NCBI GenBank assembly: GCA_013265495.1
Contig: MU057560.1
Location: forward strand, 1,252,753-1,316,752
Length of the DNA: 64,000 nucleotides
Source of the DNA: Vicugna vicugna
Lineage: Eukaryota
Direction: 5' to 3'
In this document: piece by piece, positions 37,680 through 49,613 of the stretch
Layout: each line of letters starts with the position of its first letter
Numbering within the stretch: the first letter of the stretch is position 1
Program-made: the position numbers and the translations under genes
The notes under the pieces: model-generated
What the model was told of the DNA's origin: nothing
Seen by the model: the letters and a program-made list of their open reading frames with translations, nothing else
Database searches by the model: none

Positions 37680-38698
37680 CTTTAGTGAGACGACATGTAT
37701 TCCCAAACTTCATGACCAGCTTCACACATATACATATTGTTACATTTTTTCAAGTCACTTTAGTGACTGGCTTAATTGAAGATGGATTCTCCTATCTGCT
37801 TCCCCATTAAATATGTTGTTTTGTTACAAACATGTACAGAAAATCTGGCCCCACACAAATATAGAGAGGGAAACAAAGGAAAGCATTTTAATAGCCTTCT
37901 CAGATAACTGAGGATAATCCTCTTTGATACTACTCCAAAACTCAACAAGTAATGTTTTAATAAGGTTGATTGCAAAACAGATCTAAAACCATACCAATGA
38001 GCTCTTTCCATAATTTATTGGCCTCCCTTGCATTTTGAAGGCATCTTAACATTATTTTAGATGATCACAGCTACAAATTATCCAGGTATCTGATTTCTTC
38101 TTGAAAGCTCACCGTGTATTCCATGCAACAAATATTCTCAATACTTTTCCTTAAAGTGACAGCTTTACTGTGTTCATTTTCAAGACACATTAGTCCAACA
38201 TTCAACTCTCAGTAACTGCCATTTGTCCCTCAGTCATTGTTTCCAATCAAAATTGTGTCCTGTAAAAAAATAAAAATTAAAAAAAATTAATAATTAGTTC
38301 AGCTTGAAACTCAGTCATAGGAACGATTTTCCTCGAGAGGACCACGTGCTCCAGCACGTGGCAGAAATGCCGACAGACTGTGAAAAGGACAGAGCCTCGG
38401 TGTCGAGACGTGGTGATGTTTGCTGCTACAGCAAGGAGCTTCGTAAGGGGAACTGGCTCTTCTCGCCTGTGCAGGGAGGAGGTGAGGGAAGCAGTGATGG
38501 AGTGCAGGTTGGGGCCGCCGCCTTGATGCGAGGTAAGGACCCACAGTTTTACCCACGCTGCTTTTACACCTTCAGGACAAATGCCAACACAACGAAAAAG
38601 GCAAATTACATCTTAGTATTTTTATGAAAATAGTTTCCACCTCTCAAGGCCCCTGAAAGTTTCTCAGGGACCTGCCCTCCGCAATTTGGGAATCAGTT
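37680..38698 (-). mobile_element. Charlie1-family hAT DNA transposon, internally deleted
   Basis: Minus ORF 37772-38011 contains FPSLYLCGARFS, the hAT C-terminal dimerisation motif. The right end, read on minus, gives ctttcaggggccttgagaggtggaaactattttcataaaaatactaagatg, the Charlie1 5' end. The left boundary is uncertain. Confidence 0.88.
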
Positions 38699-39205
38699 AT
38701 AAACACAAATTTTACTTTATGTATAGTCAAGGAAATATAGATTTTTTTTAAATAACATCTTTTCCCCCTAGGTTAAGTTAGTAAGGTATTTATTGCCATG
38801 GTAAGAGACAAAGTTGTTGAACACTGAAAACTGGTTCCCCCATTTCCTTCTTAGCCTCAGCTGGGTCTACTGTTGATAATTATAAAATCATTTAAGATAG
38901 CTGTTATCAGAGAAGAGTAAACTCTTAGACCCTATGTTTTTTTCCTCATGGAAGTGCTATTGTAAAAACATGAACTTTCTTATTAAAAAGACCCTGAGGA
39001 TTAAACCTCTGTTGGTGTTTTAACTCTTTTAACACAGCTCATTAAAACTGATTGATAAATAAAGATGAGCCCTGACTAAAAGGGAGAACTTCTGACAATT
39101 GTAAACACGGAAAAGTTGGAGCAAAAAGGAATTTCATCAGTACATATTTGTTCTGGCAAAACATTCTTATTTTTCACATAAACGAAAGCACCAATGTGTT
39201 TATCT

Positions 39206-39325
39206 ACACACACACACACACACAGATACACACACACAGTCACACACACAGACACACACACAGACACATACACACACAGACACAGAGACACACACAGACA
39301 CAGAGAGACACAGACACACACACAG
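39206..39325. repeat. Compound (CA)n/(CAGA) microsatellite, ~120 bp
   Basis: Directly visible. It explains the THTHT/VCVCV ORFs at this position. Confidence 0.95.
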
Positions 39326-40287
39326 AGCAAAATTTTGCATCTCTTTTCTCTCATGGGCAAGTTGTGTGTACACAGACAACTATGCCTCAAATACATTTAT
39401 GTCAAGTGCTAGGAAGTTCATACACAACTAAAGGAGCTGGGAGATCAACTTCAATAATATTTGCAAAAACCAGTTTGATAATATTATTCTGATGTCCTCT
39501 ATCACTGCCACCCCTATGGATATGCCTGTGACTCAAGGTCTATTAACGTAATCATTACACAGCGTGTGTTTTAAGTGGCTTTTCCAATCTCGTTGGTGGT
39601 CCACCCCATTCCCTCCCTGACCTCGTCAAATTCTGTCATGGGTAATAAATCACGTTTCGAAGACCCCTGGTGAAACCGTGCAGCGAATCAAAACTGAGGC
39701 ATTGGCAATCTTTGCACAAAATGAGCTAACAGGACACAGGAAAGAGTAATCTCCCTCCAAATTCAAAACACAGTGATGCATTAATTTCGGGACTGTGGCA
39801 ATTCAAATGCGGATATAAATTACTGAGTATTTAAGAGAACGTTTAATACTGGATTCATGCTATACCAACCTCCAAGCGTCTACCGCTTTACATTTGCAGT
39901 GTGTAGATTTGACAGAAAGAACTTCAGCTGACTGGCCTTGCTTGAAGAAATAGCATTATCTTCAGCAGTTTTAAAAAATGCTCTTGTTTCCACAACATGC
40001 TGCTTGCGTCTACCGGAGGGAGGCAGGCAGCACTGGCAGGCCCCAACGTGGCATAAACGCAGGCAAAGAAAGGTAGATGTTGAGGGCATCACCAGCCTTT
40101 CTGGGAACACTGTGAGTAAGAGACATTATAGAGGGAGAACAGTTTGTATCTGTGAAAGCGGTCACTGAGCCAGAGCCGTTTGGAAAGGAATAGGCGAAGT
40201 ATTTTACTGTAGAATTATAAAGCATTCCCATATTTACTGGAGCTCTACCACCAAAACGGGTGTGACATTTCAAGAGTTTTTCCTCAC

Positions 40288-40440
40288 TCAGTGTTTTAAC
40301 AAGTGTGAGCAGATTCACCTGGGTCTCCCCCGCACCGCCTCTGACTTAGAAGGATCGGGATGGGGCTCAGAAAGAAAGAAGAAGCACATTTGGTGATTCT
40401 GATGCTTGGTACACCGACACGCACTTCACAGAATCTCCAC
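40288..40440. mobile_element. MER5A-like hAT MITE
   Basis: cagtgttttaacaagtgtg...tctgacttagaaggatcgggatggggctcaga...ggtgattctgatgc...cacttcacagaa. Confidence 0.55.
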
Positions 40441-40669
40441 GCTTCTTTGGCACATGAGTATATGAGAGTTCATCGGCGACCAGAGCTAACTTACTCCTTT
40501 TAGTGGGGAGAGGATGCAAAAATCCCACTTAATTATTTCTGTTATAAATTATTCGTGCACTACTCATTAAATAGTTTTTGTAAAAGCAAATACGTTTTTT
40601 ACGACCTCCAGTATGTTGATAAATATAGTTAAATTCTAACTCAACGGTGGACCCCATCTGCCGGGGAAA

Positions 40670-40925
40670 GTGTGCTGCGAAAGTGGTTAGAATCACGGGT
40701 TCCAGAATCAAAGCATCGGATTCAGTTCCTACCCGCACTCCTTTCCAGACGGGCAAACTACTAAGCTTCGTTGAGTTTCGGTTTTCTAATCTGTACATGG
40801 GGGCCCCTAACACCGCCTGCCTCCGCGGGCTGCAACAGGCATTGAGTGGGATATTGACATACAGTGCCCGGCTCATAGTGAGCGGTCTAGACATTCAAAC
40901 CACTGTTACGACTGTTAATGTCTAT
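40670..40925 (+). mobile_element. MIR SINE
   Basis: gtggttagaatcacgggttccagaatca...gggcaaactactaagcttcgttgagtttcggttttctaatctgtacatgggg...acagtgcccggctcatagtgagcg. Confidence 0.75.
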
Positions 40926-40959
40926 GAAAGTTTGTGAAACTTCGCCCTAGAATGTATTC

Positions 40960-41148
40960 CAAACAATAAATAGGGAGTTTGGGCTTTACAGATACAAACC
41001 ACCATACATGTAAAATAGACAAACAAGGGTTTACTGCATCTTGTAATAACCTGTCATGAAAAAGAATAGATACTCACATGTAAAACCGAATCACTATGCT
41101 GTACACAGGAACCTAACACAACATTGCAATCCAACTACATTTCAATTA
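40960..41148 (+). mobile_element. Short cetartiodactyl-type L1 3' end
   Basis: gggagtttggg...atcttgtaataacct...gaatcactatgctgtacac...aacacaacattgcaatccaactacatttcaatt. Decayed TSD agaatgtattc (40949) / agaaagcattc (41149). Confidence 0.8.
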
Positions 41149-41154
41149 AGAAAG

Positions 41155-41440
41155 CATTCTCATTTAGCCTGTAGTAAGTGCCAGGTGCTCTCTAGTTTCT
41201 GGGAACACCTCAGCCCGCAGGACATAACATGTGCTTTCAGGGAGTTGCACACGTACGGCGGGAGAGACAGATAATGGAAAACTGGCAAATACCTGTGTAG
41301 TGTAACAGAGAAGTCATGCGTGCAACGAGGAAGAACAAAGCAGAGTGAGACAGGCAAAGAGCGGCCAGGGGTTCTGTTTAGGAAAGTTCTTCAGGGAGAC
41401 CTTCTCTGTGGATGTAATAGTTGAGCAGAAGGTTAACTGA
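41155..41440. mobile_element. L2 LINE 3' fragment
   Basis: cattctcattt...aagtgccaggtgctctctagtttctggga...tcagggagttgcac...ttcagggagaccttctctgtggatgtaatagttgagcaga. Confidence 0.55.
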
Positions 41441-44400
41441 CCGTGTGGAACTCTTGAACCTCAGAGAGTCCCTTGAAAATGCCACACGTTCAAGCGTTAG
41501 AGCGACTCTCGGTCTCGTTCATCAATTCAGCACGTTTAAGACAGCAGGATATTGCCCACACATGTAAGCAAATGGTAATGAACACATGTGCACGTGATCT
41601 GTCTCAGCAAGTTAAAAATACCTTACACAGTCGACATGATTAAAATCCGTGTTAAATGAAAAGTTTTCTTGACGTTGGAGAACTCGTAGAGTATGTGAGC
41701 GTGTACACAGACATCTCTGCAGAAAACTGCATGTCAGAATGGACTCTGTACTTAAATGTTTAAGTCTTCTTAGCAAAAATTGCAAATGAGAGTTTTGAAA
41801 GTTCAGTTGGACAACCGGAAGTGCAACATTTTAATTATATTATTTACTTTCCCAAGACAATATGCACATCTCATACCTTGAATCTTTCCAAATCTTTGGC
41901 AGCAAATACCCTGCACCATCGAAAGCAGATGGCCCACTAATTTTAAAGCCCCATGTTAACCAAAAATATTGGAATATGGTAAAAGTTGAATTAATAAAAT
42001 TATATGCAAACATCCAACAAAAACCAGTGCTTGTGCCAAACTCAATAAAGCCTCAGCGGGAGCTCCACACTGCTAGACCTTGCACAAGCCACAGTAAATA
42101 CATTCTCTAAGGCTTCCGCGGGCCTCAGCGTGGAAGCCAGTTGGAAGATTCTATTTAATCTGGCCCTGTTAAGACGGAGCATATTTCTACCCTTGTTATC
42201 GCATGACTGCCCACTACGCTTACCCTCGGATGGGGACGGGTCCAAAGCGCTAACTCTGTAGCGATTTACCTGCAACGGCGCGACTCACACAGCACTGCCA
42301 GCGTTTTGAACTGGATCCTCCTTTGCTGCGAGAGGCTGCCCTGCACCTGGTAGGGCTTGGCAGCAGCCTTGGGCTCTACCCCCTAGATACCCCAGCATCA
42401 CCCCCTTTACCTCGAGTAAAGGCAACTGAACGTCTCCAGGCATCCCCACTCGCCCCTGGGAGGCAAGTGCCTCTGACTGAGACTGTTTAATGGTGCGGGT
42501 TTGAGGGAGACGGGAGGTTTCTGCACCCGGGGAGACTGGACCCATCAGAGGCTGTGTTTACCGTCCGCCAAGACCAGCAAAGGGCAGTCAACCCGGAACA
42601 GAGCATCATATTTAACAAAAACATTTGTTTGGCCTCCGTTAACTACTTTATATATTGAAATTCAAATTGGAACTCCTATAAATGTTTGAAAGAAAAACGG
42701 ATGAATTCCACTTGTTCCCCCACTTTATTTCTACATTAAAGTTGATAGGTTGATAGATAGACAGACAGCAAAAATAAATAAAATAATTTAAAGTATTGAA
42801 GCAGAAGAACACACTTGCTGCCTTTCCTCTGCTCGCTGCTCCCTGAGACGCGCTTGTGTTCCAGATCCTGTCAGTCACACCTAGTCTCACTGGCACCAGC
42901 GGAGGGGGCGTCTCCCAGTGAGGTGCACGTGTTACCCACACAGAGAACTGGGCCCTCAGCCCGTGACTGCACAGGACAGAAGACATGATCCTGTCACCGT
43001 ACCAGCCACGGAACTCTTTAATCCATCACACCACGCGAATCTCTTAGAAATAACTACTTTTTAACTTTTATCCAACTAGAAGACTTCACCCGATTTGTAG
43101 AAATAAATTGTTGCTGCAGGTTCTGTATTTTCAAATGAGAAATATGTTCACGTGGTTAAATTGTTTTTTAATTATTATGTTAATTAATATCAAACCCAGA
43201 TTGAAAACACAACGCTCGTCAGTTACAAAAATCAAGCTCTCATGAGAGAGAGGGATTCATCTGTCCAGTCAACACAGCTGTGCTGAGAAGAGAAGAGCTC
43301 GTGCGCACGGGTGGCTTCTCTGCGCAGTCCTTTAGCTGCACCTCCCGCCCAGCAACTCACAAATCCCAGGCTCGCTTCTAGTTTCTTTATAGAATTAGTC
43401 TGTAATTCCCTGTTAGTTGGATCTATTGGCGATAGACCCAACCTCTATGCCACTTAATGCGCTCACAAATAAAGTCAGGGCGCTGGAGAACATGAAGACT
43501 TGTGCAGTGCTGCGTTCCACAGCTGGAAGCCTCAGGGGTTCAGGGTGCCACACTTTAGAATTGATGGGTGGAAACAGTTAATATTTCTCTGCATTTCTCC
43601 TCTCACCCAAACTCTGACCTCAATTCAAATGTCCCAGCAATTTTGAGTCACATGTGAGTTGTTTTGTAAGTGATTTCATATCAAAAAGTCACATGTATGA
43701 CCCAGACCAAGACACAGGTTTATACACAGAAGCAGAAAGAAGCTATGGACCCCCCGTTCCAACTCTCACTGCGTAAAACTCACACGAAGGGGGCCCGGAC
43801 TAGAGTGGGACTCAGCGTGAGGCAAACCAGGCTTGGGTTCTGTCTCTGTCAGGAGATTGGGGTATGAATTATCCGACTTTAGACACATGGGTAGGAAATG
43901 GATTTTTGCCATCATAAATATTACTTTATTAACAGCAACATTAATAACTCAGCAGCATATTTAATACCACTAGTGAGACGTGACCTACCAGACCAAAAGC
44001 ATGGTAATCCAGCCACGGCAGGGCCTTCGTGAGGAAGTGGTTCAGGCACCAAAGACTACGGGCAGGTATTTAACGTTCTCAGGTTCCCTGTGGATCCTGC
44101 CGGGTGAATCAGCAGCAGTCCCGCGCTGGGTTTATGGCGCACACTGGTGTTGGTTGTGACTGTCTTTGAAATATACATTATATTTGAATTCAACTGTGGT
44201 CTCATCCAAGAGTGCATCATATGAACAGTGCAAATGTGCGCCACCCGTGCCCATCAGGACACCGATCTCCCTGTGTCTCTAGCCATCCTCAGACTCTCTC
44301 GTGCTCCTGATCCGTGTGTGCTGACCCCTGAACACCCAAGAGGCAGCCCTGACGCCACATCTGCAAAAGCGGGTTAATCGTCCCTCCCTCGCCATCTCTC

Positions 44401-45360
44401 TTCTCCCTCTTGGACGTGGGCACCAGCGATGGGCCACCCTGGAAGTCTTTCTGCGCCACTCTGCACATGCCGCCCAGCGGCACTGCCCAAGCCACGTCTC
44501 TCCGATTTATTCCACGTCCGCTGACCTAAGTGGTTTCATCGCCAGCTCCCATGACCGCCTCATTGTGTTCCCAGACCCAGTTTTCCCAACCCTAGCCACC
44601 CTACACATCGAACTCTCAGGTCATCTTTCTCAAGCGTCAGTCTGATCACACCTCTCTCTTCTGCAAACCCCTGTATTGGTTTCTTGTGGTCTCCATAGCA
44701 ACTTCCATTCCCCTCAGCATGGGGCTGTGGCACCAGGACAAAGAGCTCTCCTAGGCCTGGAGCAGACGCTGAGTCCACAGACGAGGTGAACGTAGTGTGC
44801 AATTGGTGTGAAGCGTGGAGTGCTTAGAATCTCTGAGAGAGGGAAAAGTGTGCAATTGAGGAAACACAGACAAGTAATGAAGCAAAGGTGATCATACAGA
44901 AAGCAAACCTTACAGATTTGCAGCAAGAGAAGCAAAACTCTAGCACTAACCAGACACTGTCGGTGCCATCTGTGAGCTTCTGGCAAATGTTTTGTATTTA
45001 TTCCCAAGTAATAGCAAGCCTCCATGGGTTCCTAGTTAATACAGATCTTCCCCGAGTCCTGGCGCAGCACATTTTCTTCCTGGAGTGGGAGCCTCCCTCC
45101 AGCCCCTGTGCACGGCCAGAGCTGCAAGTTCTAGGCGGGAATTCCCCAAGCCCAGGGGCTCAGCTGAATGACTGAGCCCTGGAAATCTATGCTGGATTCA
45201 AAATTTGAAACCAAAACGGTAAAATTATCATCAGCCAATGCCATGTCTGCCACACATGCATTATGCCAACTTGATTGTTTACTACATTTATAATTCCTAA
45301 TTTCTGGAAAAATATTATTTTTATATCTGTTCAAATGTTACGTATTCTCATTTCCATACT

Positions 45361-45451
45361 TTTTTTTTTAACATTTTTTATTGATTTATAATCCTTTTAC
45401 AATGTTGGATCAAATTCCAGCATACAGCACAGTTTTTCAGTTATACATGAA
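45361..45451 (-). mobile_element. Very short, young L1 3' end insertion (91 bp) with 15-bp TSD
   Basis: Poly-T tail then acattttttattgatttataatccttttacaatgttg...cagttatacatgaa. Flanked by TCTCATTTCCATACT (45346-45360) and TCTCATTTCCATGCT (45452-45466). Confidence 0.9.
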
Positions 45452-48400
45452 TCTCATTTCCATGCTTGCTTGGCTAAGTGACCTATACTGATGGCTGGGA
45501 GAGCAGCGCCAACCACAATGAGTATCTTAAAAGCAAATTTATGAAGTTCCTTTTACAGCTGAAGCAAGCTGGTTTTGCTTGGATACGGATTCATGGAATG
45601 CATTTCATAAAACCTTCGCGCCGAGTGTGGGAGAGCAGTCTGCACAGAGGCCCTGAGGACTTGGAGACCCGTCCCCACCCCCTTGGGAACCTGGTTAACA
45701 GCTCACTGCTCAACAGGCTATTCAGGTGTCAACTCTCCTGAAAAGCTTTCCTTAATCCCCTGGGACAGTCACTCCCTCTTTCCCCCCACTGCCCTCCTGT
45801 CTGGCACATTCTGCTGTCATCCTTGTTTACAAGTATGACTTCCCTCCCAGAGTATGAACAGCTTGGGGTTAAGATCTACATTTTATTCTTCTTTCTTCAC
45901 CCTGAGAACATCTCAAATTTTTGGAAATTCGATACAACGCAATACATATTTGTTGAACTGAACTAAACCCAAAGACAAAACCACCAACCCCAAAATGAAG
46001 AGCAAAGACACAACCAAAACCAATATGGGAAGAAGAGGCAGTAATTCAAGACCTGAAGACAAGGTGGCACCAAAGCTGGGGCACAGACCTGATGGCTGAT
46101 CCCTCACTGGAGGAGGTCCACCATCGCCACATCAACACCCCAAGGAGGGAGGACCAAGGAGCTCTCACCACCCAACCGACCTGCGTTAAGCACTTACCCT
46201 GCACTGTGGGCCATGTTGTTTAACAAGGACAGAGAAACAAGCATGTGTCCCCTGCAAGTTCATAGCCAGCCATAAAGATACAATGAAAACATAACCCCGG
46301 TCTGTGCCACATGACACAGCCATGAAGCACACACAGTCATGTGGGAGAACCAAGGAGTTAATTCAGTTCTATGAAGAACGTTCAGGGAAACTTCACAGGG
46401 AAAGTAGGTTCTGTGCTATGTGTGCAAGAGTGACTAGGACGCCACCGGCTTGGAACGGCGCTGGTCTGTGGTGGGCAAGGTGGACAGAATGTAAGCCGAG
46501 GCTGGGTGGGGCGCGAGAGCCCAAACAGGCCTGCACGGCAGGAGCTGAGGAGAGCTGGTGGGCGTCAGAAGGGAAAGCGAACGCGTGGGCGGCCCCAGGA
46601 GCTCCGGTCTTGAATGCTAACCTTGCACTCAGTTCTGTAGCAAACCGTCAAACAAATGTGCCATTTGTCACGTGGGCACATGGGTTTGCTTGTCTGGGCT
46701 TCCGAATACGTCTCCTACAGGGACAAGCACAGAGCTCCGCAGGAACGTACACAGCGGCACCCGTGAAACTGGAACCGTGTGTGCGCATGAAAAGGGCGAT
46801 TTCTGAAACCAGGTGGGACTCGATTCAAATCCCAGCGCTGCCCTGGATGACTGAGCCACCTTGCGTGCGCTGCCAGGACACTCCACGCTCAGTTCGGCCA
46901 TGTGAATAAGGGGCTTGTAGGGGAGACCTCGTGGGTTGTCGCGGGTCCTGACGAGACAGCCGCGCAGGAGGGGCACGCGGTCAGCGATGTGCTGGGCCCT
47001 CCCAAAGGCAGAGTGGGCACCTCGCTCAGGGATGCTTTCTTCCACTCACCTTTATGCCTTTCAGAGACCAAGGTGATCACACTCAACAGGTGTCAGACGC
47101 AGGAAGATGCTAAGAACGTTTCGATTGACCCCAGCCTTTCTGTCTGACCCTCCCTGTTCCTACGTCTTCCGCCTCCTGCACCACCGGGTCACACTGCTTC
47201 ACGTTTCTTAGGGTCACACTGCCCCTCCTGGCTCTACATCTGGTCACTTCTGCTCCCTGTTTGTGATGCGTGAGGAGGTGAGGCCCACGCTGCTCCCTCC
47301 TATAACTCGTCCCAGTGTGCTGTCACCGTCCACGAGCTGCCTCTCCCCTGTTCTTAGGATGTGGGAACTGAGGGTGAAGCCTGTTGTCTGTGCTGCACCC
47401 CAGACCAGTGGGTGTGCAGCCAGTGTCCGTCCGGTCGGGGCTGAGTTAGATGGTGCGGGTCACCCGGCATCACCACCGACACACTCTGCTCTGTTCTTCC
47501 GAAGCTGGCGGTCAACGCACCGCGTGCTTGGTGGGGTTAGTCTTCCTTGTCGGGTGTGGCGTCCTGTGCGGAGAGTGGGCTCCTGATGCCGTCACCTCCC
47601 TTTCTTGGGCAGGTCCCACGTCAGGTTAGCTCATTTGACCGCTCCTCACTGCCCCTCCCTGCTCTTTCATGTTTCTCTCTCAAACCAAGGGAGCTCCTGG
47701 GAGTCCTTCCCAGCAGCCAGTTTGCAGCATTTCAGGGAACACCCTAGAGGGAACCGCAGTGAGCACAACCAGAGAAGCTCCTTTTGTCGCGAAGGAGGAC
47801 AGAGTGCGTCAGCCCAGACCTGGATCAGTCCTCCTCTCCAGCACACGAGAAGGCCGGTGACCAGGTGTCCGAGAACGTCAGCCTTAGTCAGGGCAAAGCA
47901 AAGGAACCAATGACACTGTTGGAAAGTCCTGGAAGACTCAGGGCTACATCCATACCTGTGGGAAGTATTTTGGTAAGCAGCATTTGCAAAGCCAACTCTG
48001 ACTCTTTTTGAGGAAATTATCCTGAAGAACAACTCTGAGGAGTTTAGATAAATATTTTTGTAGACAATTTCCCCATAAATTTTAGAAGCTTCTTTCTGTC
48101 AAATTTGCCTGTTTTGGCCTTCTGCAGAGAGACTGTTAGTGTTCAGAGGCAAGTCCTTCTAAGCTCAACGATCGTGTGGATGCCTGAGGGCAAGTGTGAT
48201 TTAACGACTGATCATGTTTTTCTTTTCGTGTTTCTAAATTTGTTTGTTAAACTAGTTAGGAGATTCCCCTTAGAACTGAGTATATTGTGAAATGATGCCT
48301 AAGTGAAGCGCTAAGGAAAAAACAGATACTTGCTGGACAGTAAACGGGGAGGTTTGGGGATATTACCATTTAATTTTTTAGTTAGCTTTAAAAACGTCAC

Positions 48401-49571
48401 TCTGCTTGCTACCAATTTAAATTTAGTCAGGGAAGCTGAAAGAAAACAGAAGAGGTAAAAATAAGAAGCTGAAGCGCCGTTGTAAGCACCTATGACTGGA
48501 GGTGGTGGTGACTCCAGAACACGTTTAATCTTCCGTCAGCGTCAGACGAGAAAGTGAGCGTTAAACAAACACCCAGTGGGAGTTGAAACGTGGAGGGAGT
48601 CACCTGCGCCCAAGAGGCTGATTCATGTGGAACAGCACAGTGGACTGAGCTGGGTCTCGGGAAGGGGGCGGGACAGCCTGCGCTAGAGGACATGTCCGTC
48701 AGCAAAGAGTCCTCCTCTGACAGCAGCTTATTTCTAATTATGTGATGGTCAAACTGTGTCAAGTCTGTGATGTTATATGGCCTCTGTTCGATAATCTTAA
48801 ACCTGTTTTTAAGCGTAAAATTCCCACTTAAACCCAAAGTAAAAAATGGTTACGCTGAAGCATAGACCTTGTTTACATCACTTTAAAGAATTAGCAGAGC
48901 TGTGTAAACCCTGCTATACTACCTTTACACACAACGCAGGTGTGCACGCGCGCGTAAGCACGCATGCACGTGCGCACCAAGTGCAGGAGGCGCCCGCTCA
49001 GGACCTTCCGGACTGCGCGACTTCGCCTCTGCGGGTAAACCACACGGCGCCGCGCCAGGCAGGAAACACATCCTTCCAGGACAGAATTTGTCTGCTTTCT
49101 AGTGAGGAAGTTAGAAAGCATTTTTCAAAGACAGGCTGGACTTTATAAAGGTGCTACAAATCTAATAAAACGGAAGGAGTTGCTTAAAAAAAAAGAGAAA
49201 CAGCCAGGTGACCTCCCGGCTCGAGCTGCCCCTTAACAACATCATGGGCTGCCGGGGTCACAGGCCGCGGGGCCAGACATTCCTACTCGTGGCTTCAGTG
49301 TTACCACGTCCTGAGCGGTTGTCATCGTCAGCAAATTACCGTCTAGGCCTCCTCCACCTTCACCAGCAAAACGAGAACACCCTCTCTTTATCCCTGAGGC
49401 TCACACCGCCCCTGACACAAGGCAGGTGCCGCCGCTGGAGGCTCCTGCCACGACTCCGTTGCCAGCATTTACCACTTCATTTAGGCTGCGGGCGTACCCT
49501 GGTTCTCCTCCTTTCTCTCTGTTTCCTTCTCTAAGAAGAAGGTAGGTGCCTGAGAGCAAAGACCCAGTCCA

Positions 49572-49613
49572 CCTTCCCCCGCCCCCGCCTCCTCCCCCGC
49601 CTCCCCCGCCCGC
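49572..49613. repeat. C-rich low-complexity tract (CCCCCG/CCT)n
   Basis: ccttcccccgcccccgcctcctcccccgcctcccccgcccgc. Confidence 0.9.
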
